Shown here: positions 47,802 through 62,400 of the stretch, one piece after another | Numbering within the stretch: the first letter of the stretch is position 1 | Layout of the letters: every line of letters starts with the position of its first letter | Assembly (NCBI RefSeq): GCF_033153115.1 | Contig: NW_026889774.1 | Coordinates: forward strand, 21,266,001-21,330,000 | Direction: 5' to 3' | Source of the DNA: Saccostrea echinata | Taxonomy: Eukaryota | Length of the DNA: 64,000 nt | Program-made: the position numbers and the translations under genes | The notes under the pieces: generated by a model | What the model was told of the DNA's origin: nothing | What the model saw: only the letters and a program-made list of their open reading frames with translations | Database searches by the model: none

Positions 47802-50138
47802 TTAATGTAAGCTCCTATTATTTATTTCTTATAAAGATCATTTCTCCCCTAGTTTGATGCATTACATTGAAAATATATGTTGACCTCAACTGCTGGCACA
47901 AGTTCGGATATTCTTGTATTCTACAGAGAAATTGCATAATAGTCATTGCATAAATCAGATTCCTTTTTGTTTCAGCATTAAAATTCTTATCTTGCTTGGG
48001 AAAAAATATATAAAAATTTCATTACGCAAGCATGACAAGAAATCTAATGTGACAATTTGTTAATTGAAATCACGAGATAAAATTATGCTTTTATAATTCG
48101 ACGTTTCCGTGTTACTCAGAATGCTTGCATTTGATTTATTTTTGTGTCAACGCAATGAAGCTTTTATTTTTGTACTTTTTCCCCTAGAGCTTCCCAGTTG
48201 ATTCTTAAGACTCGCTGCATATCCGGTTCATTTAAGAAAAATATATATTGAAATTTGATCAAATCAATCATATATATCTATTTTTATGAAAACATGACTA
48301 TTCTAGTATGTATTCATTGAAGTCGAAACATTGATAAAACGCCATAGATCTTTTTATTGACGATAAATCATAAAAAAGGAATAATTCATTTCATCTAATA
48401 AATCATTTATCTATACACTAGTCGACAAAAGTTATTAAAAAGATCATCATCTGTCTTTACAATATGAGTGCAAATTTTGATGATGTAAACTTTTTCTTTC
48501 AATGAACTCCTTTTCAATTTCAGATTCTTACTCTTGAATAACACACTGATAAGTTCAGACGAAAACCAAAAAAAAAAAGTGAAACAAATCGATTTTTTGA
48601 TACTAGTATATAGACCACTAGTTGTTTTTCCTTCGAACATAATACGTTCTTTTTATAATTCAATTTGTTAATTACTTTATAATACAACAAATGATCTCTG
48701 CTTACTCTTTGTTTCAAGGATGACCAACAAGTTTGAAAGTTGCATTTTAAATTGTCATTAAAGAAATACCTTGTTTTTTTCTGTTTTCTGCTTCCGTGTA
48801 AACTTTTCAAATTATGCAACTGTCTCGTTTCAGAGAGCTTTGACAAATTAATTTTGGTTTCTTTAATTATTGCATAAAAATTAATTTTAAGACAAGAATA
48901 TGGCGTTAATACAACTTATTTCGGCCATTTTGTACAGTGAAGGGTAAGTTTTGCCTTACGTTTCTTAGATTAACAACATATTTTCACGGTTACCGTAGTT
49001 TAAAAGGCACGTGACTTAGATATATATAATGATTAATAATGTTTCATTTCGGTTTACATTTTGTTTAAATACTAAACTGACGAAATCTAAAAAAAGTAGA
49101 TTGTAACCTTAAGCCTAGAATTCTTTAATGAAAATTCAAGAATTTCAGACTATAATAAATCTTGCTGTGACCCATATTAACATCACTGATGTGTTAAGTA
49201 ATATATCTAAAATATAATGAATGGTGATTATCGAGGTATTTAGTAAAACATGAAGCCTTATTTAACAATTCAGAAAGCGCGATTAGCCTTGTTCACTTTA
49301 ACCTTGAAGTTTATTTTGTTTTTTGAAATCTTAAATGTTGCATGCATTCTTTGTATTTGTTCAAGGGACATACACGTTTAAATTAATATATATTTACTGC
49401 TGTGGTAGCTTGAATAGGTTAAATCTGTATGATCCATCTCTATAAATACATTTTTTTGTAACTGTAAACAACAGTAATCTGGCAACGAGATAAAAATTCA
49501 ACAAGTGCTGTCCAACATTTTGCACGTAAGCCAGGATTTCAATATCTAAATATAATAAATATATGCAAAATCTTAGTAAATATTTGATTTCATTGTTCTG
49601 TTTACATGAAATATATGTAGAAATAAGAATATTTTAAAAATCTCGTAGTAGTATATGATGAAATTGAATATTTTACTACTTTTGTGGAGAGATGAAGCAC
49701 AATTTATTGATGATATCAAAAGAATACCTCTTTTTAGAGATTCTGGTATAGATCTACTTGAACTTTTACTGCCAAACGCCTGAATTGATGTATATTTCAA
49801 ATATTAACTTTATGTATGAAAACAAACATGCTTGTCTACCAATGTTAATCTATAGTAAATTAACTGATGTTAACAGTTGTAATCAGTTAAGGTAAAAACC
49901 TTGTAAGTTGTAAGAACTTGTGTTTTAACTTTTCTTTATGTTTTTTTTTGAATGGAAAATGTTCAAATCAAAACAATATCATAATACATATCTTCATATT
50001 CGTGAACTCTTCACATTGATTAGCAATTAAAGCAATGTAGATTTTTTCAACTTTAAACGCTTAGTACTTTGTTTTTCAGATCAACCAACGAAACAAAAAG
50101 GAACAAAAGCTGTCTCATAATTTCCAAAGAACACAGAA

Positions 50139-53100
50139 ATGTCTCTACGTATATTCCTAGGAATTTTAGTATTTATTCCATTTTCTCAAGGTAACTACCT
50201 TAAGTAATATATGACCTTTATCTTTGCATATATTTTGTAAAATTTACTTGGAATACAAATCTATATTTTCTTCTTAGCCAAACTATTGTGATCCTGTAAA
50301 AATGCAATATTTAATTATCTCTTTACACCTATAAAATGTTTTTGAACTTTTAGAAAATTATATTGTATAAAGATGAAAATATTCAGCTCATGTAATATGG
50401 AGATAACTAACAGTAATCAACCTCAAAAGTCCATTGAATCAAAACAAATCAGGAGCAGAGCAAACACGGACCTCCAAAACACCAGTGGTGGGATCATGTG
50501 CCACGGAAGAATGAGCATCTCCTGTCGACCGATCACACCCTCCGTGTGCTCATTGTCATGATCGGGCAAACGGAAAAATCCGCAGACAATTCAGTGTTAA
50601 AATAATGCCTAATGAAAAAACGTCAGTCAGCACTCGGCTTAATGATAGATTGTATTTGCTGACAACAACGTCACTGTATCGACCATAGAACTTGCGAAAT
50701 GATGACTCTAGACGAGACTGTTGATATCCTTGTTTCATCAACTTGTTTGTCAATAACTTGCCTCGTTTTAGAAGTTGTTCGTACGTGGAGCATGCTCTTG
50801 CGTATCGAAGTAACTGGGAGATATACATGTATTTCATTTTAACATAGACTATCTGCCATTCTACCTCCAGAAAAACATGTTCAAAGATGAACATAAATCA
50901 CTTTAGATTTGCTTACTTATTTGGGGAGAAGGATGTCACTAAATAAACGCATAAGAAACAAACAACTTTATTAGTCCCCTACCGGTGAAACCGGAGGGGA
51001 CTATAGGTTTCCTCTGAGTCTGTCCGTCCGTCTGTCTGTCTGTCCGTCTGTCTGTCTGTCGGTCTGCCCCACTTGGTTTTCCGCATCTTTTTCCTAAACG
51101 CTTGCAGATATTGAGCTGATTTTTGGTATGTGAGTGTATCTTGATGAGTTACAGATCAAGTTTGCATTTCGTTCCGCTTCATTGATTTTTGACGGAATTA
51201 CGGCCTTTTCAATTTTTACGGGTTTTCCGCAATTTTCTTCTAAACGCTTGTAGATATTGAGCTGATTTTTGGAATGTGGCTTTACCTTGATTAGTTATAG
51301 ATCAAGTTTGCATTTCGTCCCGCTTCATTAATTTTTGACGGAATTATGGCATTTTCAATTCTTAACGGGAACCAGATTACACTTGCTGGTAGGGGACTTG
51401 TATTGCTAATGCAATACTCTCAGAATGCTTGTTCAGTGAGCAAGGCGTTATGAATAGCATTTGCTCTGCTGACATATTTTCCACGATGAGCTATCGCGTA
51501 TGATGGAAAATATGCCAACAGAGCGTTTGCTATTCATAAAGCCATGATCACAGAATATCGTTATTAATTATATTAGCATTTTATGGTTTGATAAGAATGA
51601 AAGTGGAAAGGCTGACTGTGCTTTGTTCACAGCTGCATGTTAGGCATAGGCTAAAACATGAATAAAAGTAATGCATGAAAATACTAGTAAATCAGAAGTG
51701 ACCATTACACTTTAATTCCATCTGCATCATATACAATAAACACGATACTTCTAAACACAAATCTCGTGATAAATGAGAAAGATAGAGATTGGCGCCCCCA
51801 AATATCTAAAATCAAACTATTGTATGACCATATGAAGAAGAACATTACAATCTAAAATTTTATCTTTTAGGCCATCTTTAAATTTTTTTGTTTGCCCTCT
51901 CCCGACCGCCTGACTAAAAACTTATTTAACCCCAGGAAACGATATTTTTTTTCTTTTTATTCCTGAATTCTCTCATCCTGTCAATAAGTATTTTGAACTT
52001 TTCTGGAAAAAATTTAACCATCTACCTACCGACCCAATGATTTTACCCTGAGTCGGAAGAGGGCAAACAAACATTAGTTTAAAGATGGTCTTAACACGAA
52101 TTAAGAGCATATTTAAATGTCAGATCTAGTCAATGTATGCCTTTTGATAATAAACTTTCATAAGATTTTCATTTTTATTATTTACCAACATGATTTTATA
52201 ATGCTTATCTCGAAAATTATTTTAAAAATCAGGACAATGGCAAACCGGTGGTGGAACTAACGGTAATCCAGGAGGTGGTGGAGGAGGCCAGGACGTCTTG
52301 AACGGCCAATCAGCACCGGCTCAGAGGCCAAGCTTAAGACAACAGCAGCAACAGCAACTACAACAACTTCCTGGGTTCCCCCAACAACTACAACAAACAG
52401 CTGGGTTCCCACAACAACTACAACAAACGCCTGGATTCCCACAACAACTACAACAAACGCCTGGGTTCACTCAACAACTACCTGGTCTCCCACAGAATTT
52501 TCAAACATTACCCCAACAAAACAACTTTTTAGGTGAGAGAGGACAAATGTTACTTCTGACCAACGGAGCTGCAAGTATTATGATAGCTAATAGGGATCGC
52601 CTCCCCCGGGAAAGAATCCGGAGGGTAGGGGTCCCAGTGTCTCTTATTCGTGCTTTTGCTATTCAGCCTGAAGTTTTGCTTCCACGCTCGCTTGCAGCTA
52701 ATGCACAACCTACTAATCAAACACCAACAACAGCACGAGGTATGTTTTTTTTTACTACAGCTTTATATTTAGCCATATAAATTTTATGCTATATAACATA
52801 TATGTATATCAATATCTTAACATTATCTTATATCAAGATTTAATTATTATAAAAGACGGAATGTGCATAGCTTGCCTTTCTGGGTTGCTTTAATGCTTTT
52901 GATATTGTAACGCTTCTACTATGCCCTTTGTGAATTTTGAATGGAAAACATTAGATGCCAGAGTATCCAAACTGTTCAAACATTCGACATTTTCTGTCAG
53001 TCCTGTGGGTAATGGGTGATATTAAATTTTTCACTATGCACAATATCAAATATTTAACCACCGGTATATTGCACACATATACACATATAAATATGAAATA

Positions 53101-56100
53101 TCCCAGAATTAGCACGTTGTTGCCAAGCTTTTTCCTATTGCTGAGTCTAAAATTTTTTTATATTTAATTTGAAAGTACATGTAATCACCAAGAAAAGCTT
53201 TCAAAATATTTTTGTAGACTGTTTGTTAATGTAAATATATATATGTTTACATAACAGCTTGATCGTTGGGCGAGCGCAGTTATTATCCCCTCCTCTCAGG
53301 AAGCCCCTGAGCTTTTTGCAATGAAATTTTATATCACAACTCCCTATATGACGTAAAGAAGACCCCCATTGATTGTGAGGTCAAAAGGTCAAAGGTCAAG
53401 GTCAGAAATTTTTAATTGCAAAAATGATTTCCAGATGACAATTTTAGTTCTCCTTCTCTTTTTCAATGAAGTTATATATCACATGGTAACTCCTAGTGAC
53501 TAAAAAAAACCCTTTTGATTTTGAGGTCAAGAGGTCAAGGTCAAAAATTCATATCTTGTATAAAATGTTTTTCTGGTATTAAGTCTAGTACTTTTGGAGG
53601 TTCTGCAATTAAAGAAGATGGGTGAACAAGGCGTGCAGAATGCCTATAGCTTCAGATATTAATAAAATCATATTCAATTTGTGAATTAAGTATTTAAAAT
53701 AAAGTTCTCATTATTGAAATTTATGAAATTATGATTAACAAAACTTTTCTGAGAAAAAAGATCTCGGAAAAATTATTCTTTTATTAAAAAAAATAAAATG
53801 GTATTCGTGAGATTCGAACCCCTATCAATAAAAACCCGGAGTATCATATTGTTTTGAGACTAACACGCTAACCACTTCGCCACGCAGCTACTGACGAATA
53901 GTGGCATTTAAATCATGTTTGTGATATGACCTTGACTTAATGGACTTCAAGTATTTCTCGGAAAGATACGAATGCTTTGTCATAAAAGTGTACTTTTAAG
54001 GTATAGTGGGTCTTTGCTCCATGTTTTTGTAAACCAAAAAATGTATATTTTTATGCAAACTTTTAGGATCAACTTTCAAAAAAATGGAGCGAAGACCCAC
54101 TCACATCGAAAAATTTTGTTAAAGTGTGAGAAAATGATCCTTTTTGTCCTCTTTAGTGTGTGTATGCTATTTCGTAGGCAAATAATTTCAGTCTTTGTGA
54201 GATTTTTGCAAATTGTAGAGATTTAGCATAAAATAAACTTTAATGTTAGATGAAATATCAAAGAAAATTTTTATATAATTGAGATTTTATTTTCCACTTC
54301 ATGTTTGTCGCACTATAGGCACTTCGCCCGCCTTGTTCACCCATCTTCTTTTATACCTTTATTCAAAAGACTTTAAAAAGGCTTCCTATTGATTCTGAGG
54401 CCAAACGGTCAAAAACCCAAATCAGAAATTTGTATATTGCATACATACATTTCAGGTGATAACTTAAGTTGTCTGCAAGCTTTTGTAATGAAACTTAAGA
54501 CATGAATTTCTTTCATTTAAAACAACTCTAAATGACTTTAAGGCAAAAAGCTGAAATATCAAGGTTGTCCTTTTTTCTCCGTCTGCATATTTCTAACTTC
54601 TTCCATCTTCCTCTTTTCCTTTAATTAAGCAGGGAAACAATTCTCTGAATTAGGTTTCATTTATTTCAGTTGATTTAAATGAATTTAAATAAATAAGTGC
54701 TTAGTAGAACTCATAGCTTAGCTCATGTTACTTTGTTAGGTAAAAGTTCCGTGGTTTGTGTGTGTGTGTGTGTGTGTGTTTAGATTCATAACTTTCTTAT
54801 CAATATTCACACGTTTACTATGAACTAAACATTTTCTCACATTTTAAAGACACCCCAAAACTCGAAAGGTTTAAATTTCTTGGACTTTTCCGACAAATCG
54901 GGACACCTCCCCCCAGAAAAATTTGATTTGATTTGAAGTTTTTTATGACAGAAAGATTATAATCCTATATTTTCTTACAAACCTTTTAAGTAAGTTGTTT
55001 CTATGATGTAAGGACTAAAACATTTTTCATATGGACGCAATATATATACTTTTCGATTTCGACTCGAATTCACCCTGTTCACACACTATTCTACATGCTT
55101 CGCGCCTCTCGCTGCGCTCGCTTTTAATTTAAATCAATCTGGTTAAAATTATATCCCTAAGCGATATATGTGAGCGGATCAAAGGATATGATTTTAATAA
55201 AATTAAATATAAATATGTTTTCCTCCAAGGAACATATTTGAAACATGAGGTTTTAATTTGTTGACGGTGTGTAAAGCTCGCTGCGCTCGCTCTAATCATA
55301 ATTATGCTTTTATTTAATTACGACAGGTGGAGGAAACCCATTCCAAAGACCATTTTTCCCCCCACCTAGGGGACGTAAGTGTCATTCGATAGCTTCAGTT
55401 CATCAATAGTAGCATGAAAACACGTTTCATTGATAAGATTATTCAGTAATTGTATAATTTCGGCCATAACAAATAAGCCTCTTTTCAGTTTTGTATTATA
55501 TAAGTATTTCACATTTTTTTCGTTAAGAAAGGTCAAATTAATTTTTAAGTAGCATACTTTAATTAAAAAAAAATCATAATTCGATAAATATATCAAATAC
55601 CTTACTTTTATCTCATTCATGAAGCATTTCCCCCATTTGGGCAACCTGGACAAATTCCATTTGTGCCATTTAGAGGTATGAAAGATCATCTTTTTTCATA
55701 TTTTCACGGATCAGTTTTGTATTTTTGAATGATAAATATGTTTCGTTTATCAAAGACATGCATTGAATTTCAGAAAACTTAGTTCATTCTTCCAAATAAC
55801 AATAATTATCTTTCACAGGAGGCTTTCCTCCATTTTTGCCATTCCCAGGTATTTGTGATCACACGAGCACCTTTGTATTAAACCTTAAAAGCACCATAGA
55901 ATATTACAAACCATATATTAGTCACTTTCTATACACCATCTGTATTATATCTAGTGTGACTGAAGCTGAAGTACGAGTTTAAAGATTAGAATGTTCCTTA
56001 GATTGAATGGTGTTTCTATCTGGTGAACACAATTGTGTACTGTATAGAGATTTAAATTCGCAGGTGTATAATTTTGACAATTTTCCCTATGGCACTTAAT

Positions 56101-59100
56101 TCAGGGTGTCTGAACTTACACAAACTTCAAGTTTGTTTTGTATTTATGATAATTTTTAAACATAATAAATTATTTTCTGTTTCCTGAATATGTAGATTTG
56201 TAAGGAGCACTTATGAAGCGAAAATTAATCCTGCGAGTTATTCTTTTCTTATACAGTATGCATTTTAAACTTATGTACTGGAAAATCACATATTTTCGTG
56301 GGGTCAAATTTTCATGGTTAAAGAAAAAAATCCTGGTTTGTGGGGATTTGAAGTTTAATATGTTTTACATTTCACTGAGGTCATGAATTCGTGGGTCTCT
56401 TCATACCAAAAAAAACAAACAAACAAACAAACAAACAAACAAAAAACAAAAAACAAAAAAAAACAAAAAAAAAACAAGCCAACCAAGAACATAAATCCCA
56501 CGAAAATTGTGATTTCACAGAATATATATAAATATATATATATTGGTGGTGTCAATATATATCATATCGGATTCATTTCAAACAATTTAACTTTATGTAA
56601 CCAGAATGCCTTTAACGGTTGAAGTTTTTCAACTTTTAAAAAGGATATATAGTTTTTAATATTTAGAAAATCAATACTTAGATATAGAATTTAGTATCTA
56701 GTGAAGAGCCATTATAATTAAATAAAAGATGTATATAAATGGATAATTTTGAGATGAAGAAAGCAATGGTAATGACAACCACCTCTGGTTCATGCTATTC
56801 GGACTTTTTTTAATACTACAAGTTAAAAGGAATACTTTTTTGAGAGGGGACTTTGTTAACAGGTCAACTATTTTTAAATTAAAGGTGAAAATTAAAAAAA
56901 AAACGATAACAAACAAACAAAAACAAACCTAAGAATTCACGTGGACAATTGTTTATTTTTTGATTTCCAGAATTATTTTTTTTTTAATTTGTTTTAAGAA
57001 AAAGAAAATAAAAGGCATTAAATTAGTACATAAAGTTTTTTTTTTTTTGTGAAAAAGAAAAAGACCTGTTGATACATTAAAAAACCTCACTGCTTTATTA
57101 TATGTTGCACTTCCAGTTTCGATAAGCTTTTTATATTAGATAACGAAGTATTCAAAGTAAAAAAATTCTTTTTTTGTATGTGTGTAACATTTAAATATTT
57201 AAAAGTATCCAGCTTTTTACCAGTAGGCATACAAAACTTTCTTTGACATACAAAATGCTTTTAGTTATTGTCAACCCAATAAAAAGTTGATATATCTGTA
57301 ATGCACTGCGGCATGGAGTGTACAGCTGTAAAGATTTATCCATATATTATTTGTTTTGTAAGAGATAAAGATAAAACTTGGGATTATGCCAATTATATTC
57401 CCAGTTTTCTGTTTTCAGGCAGACCACCCTTCCTCCCACAATTAGGCGGTAAGTAAAATCTAGTATATGAAGCATGGAGATATTAATTATGTGTAAAAAA
57501 AAATACAAAGAAATAGCATATTACTTAAGACAAGTTATACCTTGTTTTAAATATAGTTTTTAATTACAATATATATATAATTAAGTCTTTTAACATTTAT
57601 TAAAAAACATTTTCATTTACATAGAGTTCCAAATATCATTGAATGCAGAACTTTCAATTATGTCACATTTAATTATGTATAGTATTTCCTCTTAAACTAA
57701 TCTAAATTCTCTAAATGATATATATGAACTTTAAATTTCAAATAAACATTGTTACTATGAATGCTTCTGTCAGGAGATTTTAATGATTTAAATTTCAGGA
57801 AGGCCAGGATTTCCGGGATCTTTTACAGGTAAGGAGATTATTTTCATAACTTAAAATGCCAATTAAAACAATTCTATAATGCCCATTAAACTGAATTCTG
57901 GCTCTTATAGAGATGAAACTTATTTTCGTATAAATTTAGATAATTTTGCAGGGCAACAATTTCAATTCCAACAACCACAGTTTTTGAATGGAGCTGGAGG
58001 TACATGTACGAATCTTATAGAGAAAGCTTTTCTTCTGATAATCATTGCATCCAATTCAATAAAAACAAATTATTGATTATTATTTTTATAAAATGCATTG
58101 CTCCTTTTAAAACACACTCCTTTGATAGTTATGTTTCTTGCAAAGAAAAATTTGTCATACGATTGACTAAAAAACTTTCAAAATAGTAAATTGATTAGAA
58201 TTGAAAGAATTCAGAATGTTAAATGCCATTTACGGGAACATTTGTGTTAAAAGTGCAATTGTACATAAGGGTTCTCAGTTTTAGTATGATAAAAATCGTA
58301 AACTATATGATTGGGTCATAGTGTAAAGGCGAAACATAATGTGTAATATCATGTTTTGGAATTTTCTGAAAAAAAAAATCATTAGTAACATGAGTAAATC
58401 ATTTAGTTTTTATACTCACCTAAATATTCGAATAATTCATTTTATTATGGATTGTATTACTATGTTAGAATACTCGTCCTTGTAGGACAGGGAGGGCAAG
58501 GACAAGATGGACTTGGTAAGACTATAAACATTTAAATTTTATTTATTTATTATGATTTGATAATTTTGTTTTTACTGTTTACTGATGGATGCTTTAATTG
58601 AACATTAATCAGTCATTTATTACTAAATTTTTCTAGCTTTTGATTCGATACCTCCGTTATCACTTCCTATAGGTATGAATATACATGGATTGAATGTACT
58701 TTATCACTTTTGTTTTAGTACTTTCACCTGTTATTCAGCACTTAGATTTTTTCCCATACATGTACTTATATAAAATGCTTGTTTTATTTATCGAATGATC
58801 ACAACATCTCTTTTTTTCTTTAATAAATATGTTCTACCACTTAAACTATGAATAAAGATAAAACAAATATTTGCTACATGTATGTGATATCAGAACTTGA
58901 GGAAAAAGCATTGAAAAAAGAGTGTCATTTGATTGAATAGGAACAAGCAGTTATATATTTAGTGTAGTATATATTACAAAAACACTTGCTTGATAGATCT
59001 CAAAATCTTATATTTATTTCACAACTATACAGTTTATTTTTCTATGAAACATACCTTTGTCATCGCATATTTTAATAAAAATGTAAATGCATGAAGGGGC

Positions 59101-59333
59101 TTACATATTCGACATTCATAGAAAAGTCTAGGAATCTTTAAAACAATACCAGTTCAGCTAGCTTAAATGTATAATGAAAAATATACATATTTGATATCGC
59201 ATAAGAATACATTGCATTGTATCAGTTTATCAATATTTTTATTAAATTATCTTTTGTCGTTTGGCTTCCCTTATGGTGATGGGTGCATTTTTTAATGTTA
59301 CCCAAAGCTACGCAACACCTCTTAACAATGTCT

Positions 59334-59412
<79 letters not shown>

Positions 59413-62400
59413 CTGTATATTTCTTTAAAATGAAAATGAGTAAGCTTGTACTTTTGTATAAAGGTTTACAGAAATGTGTTTGTAAATAACAATTTTGCTT
59501 TCTTTCTTTGTTTTAATAATATATATTCACTGCACTATATTTATTTGGTCCAGGCACACAAGGACAGTTCCCAGGAAACGGTAAGTTACTAATATACAAT
59601 TTTTCATATATGCAACAGATTTCTATCAAATTGGTGTTCGGCTTTTGACGTTTTTGAAAGTGTACTTTTATCCATTCTATCCTTTTTCGAAAAGAAAATT
59701 GGACATTCTAAATTGTCTGATCGAAGAATATTGTCCTATTACAGTCCCATCTACTTTCAAGACTCCCAAAGTCACATTTTACTGAAGGGGGTACCCCATC
59801 CACCCGTCCATCTGCTTCCTTCGTGTCTGCTTTTGCGGTCTTTTCCATTCTTAATTCTTAATTGCATACATTTAAATGTTTTAGTATTTAAAGTCTTTTT
59901 CACGGTGTTGGAGGTACTGTGTAATAGTGACAGAGGTGAAATGTTTTAAAAATTACAAATAATTAGCTTTAAAAATAATAAATCTGCTATTCTAGCTCAA
60001 CAACAAAGAAACTTTCCTCAGTTTAATCGAGGTACAATGCACCTGCTAATCAGTGCATAAATGTATGTGCTAAAAATCTTGTAAAAATGCTTGTTTGATT
60101 TTTTTTCTGTCTTATGTTCTAAATAGTACATTTAAGAGAGAGCTTTATTTGAATGATATTCACAGGGTTATTATAAAATTATTAGGACAAAAAGATTTAA
60201 GACAATATAATACCCAAAGCACGGTTTTAAAAATTACAAATAATTAACCTTAAAAGTAATAAATTTGTTATTCTAGCTCAACAAGGAAACTTTCCTCAGT
60301 TTAATCAAGGTACAATGCACCTGCTAATCAGTGCATAAATGTTTGTGCTAAAAATCTTGTGAAAATGCTTGTTTGATTATATCTGTTTTATGTTCTATAT
60401 TTTAAGAGAACGCTTCATTTGGGTAATATTCACAGGGTAATCATAAAATTATTAGGGAAAAAATTAAGACAGAGTGTAATATCCAAAGCACGATTTTAAA
60501 ATTATAAATAATTAGCTTTAAAAGTATAAGTTTGCTATTCTAGCTCAACAACAAGGAAACTTTCCTCAGTTAAATCAAGGTACAATGCACCTGCTAATCA
60601 GTGCATAAATGTATGTACTAAAAAATCTTGTAAAAATGCTTGTTTTGATTTTTTTCTGTCTTATGTTCTAAATAGTAAGAGAGAGCTTTATTTGAATGAT
60701 ATTCACAGGGTTATTATAAAATTATTAGGACAAAAAGATTTAAGACAATATTAATATAATACCCAAAGCACGGTTTTAAAAATTACAAATAATTAACCTT
60801 AAAAGTAATAAATTTGTTATTCTAGCTCAACAAGGAAACTTTCCTCAGTTTAATCAAGGTACAATGCACCTGCTAATCAGTGCATAAATGTATGTGCTAA
60901 AAATCTTGTGAAAATACTTGTTTGATTATATCTGTTTTATGTTCTATATTTTAAGAGAACGCTTCATTTGGATGATATCCACAGGGTTATCATAAAATTA
61001 TTAGGGAAAAAATTAAGACAGAGTGTAATATCCAAAGCACGGTTTTAAAAATTATGAATAATTAACTTTAAAAGAAATAAATTTGCTATTCTAGCTCAAC
61101 AACAAAGAAACTTTCCTCAGTTTAATCAAGGTACAATGCACCTGCCAATCAGTGTATAAATGTATGTGCGAAAAATCCTGCGAAAATGCTTGTTTGATTA
61201 TATCTGTTTTATGTTCTAAATGGTAAGAGAAAGCTTCATTTGGATGATATCCACAGGGTTATTATAAAATTATTAGGACAAAAAGATTTAAGACAGAGTG
61301 TAATACCCAAAGCATATAAAACAAATCCTTAAAACTTTTCTTCAGAACTTTTGTTGGTGATATCACCTTAGTATTTGTAATGCCTTTTTGTGAATCATAT
61401 ACATGTATAATGATATGTTTATTTCAACGAGTTCAATAAAATTTTTAACACCTTCGGTTTTTGAGGATGAAATCAAACATTTGTTTGTCTGTTATTGATG
61501 ATTATTAACAAAATCATAACTTTACTCCTTTCAACGGTAAATGATAATTTGAAATACACTAGGGTGTACGCCAAATTATATCGAATCAGGATTAAGATCA
61601 TTTTACAATTATACAATTATTGAGGATTGTTAATTACAGAGGATCTAAATAATTTCAAGAAATTAGAATAAAAATTATCACTTTTAAAAAGAGTAGGTCT
61701 ATCAAAAACAAAACAACAGATTTTTTTACCAGTTGTCAACTGAGTACTGTAAATGAAACAATATTTTTCTATCTAAATGCTCTTTGCACAATATATTGAT
61801 TATATTTGAAAATTCAAAAGTCTGCTGTGAAAACTTTTTAAGATTTATGTCATTTCTTCTCAATGTATTAGTCAATGTATGACTGAAAAATAGTTCATTT
61901 GTTCTAGCTCAACTTCAAGGAAATCCTCCGCAGTTTAATCAAGGTACAATGCACCCGCGAATCATTGTATACATGTTAGTGGCAACATGCGTGTGAAAAT
62001 GCTTGTATTGGATAATATTCACAGTGTAGTTAGTGTTTTTGATTATTTTCGGTAGGTTGTTGATAGTATAACACCTCAATAAAAGTTCCTTTTTTAAAAT
62101 GTTTTAAAAGAAATTTTTATCCTATGTTAATTCCAGTGATTTCAAAATGCTTAAAGACATTTCAATTCATAATCTAGAATAATCAAATTTTTATCACAAT
62201 TAATTATATTTAGATGATAACAATTAACCAGATAAGAAAAGTAAATAATTATAAATATCTAACTTATACAATTTGATGTTACACCTAACGACATAATTTC
62301 AATTAGGATATTATATTATTGCTACGAAGAAATACAAGTAAAATCAGAATTGTGAAGATTATTCACAAGATTTTAAGTATAAGATTTTAAGTATAAGTAC

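Noticed and set aside
59943-61315. Regularly spaced repeats resembling a CRISPR array or plain satellite
   Set aside because: Eukaryotic context, whole ~275-bp units are repeated (no unique spacers), no cas genes, and each unit carries a spliceable in-frame exon.
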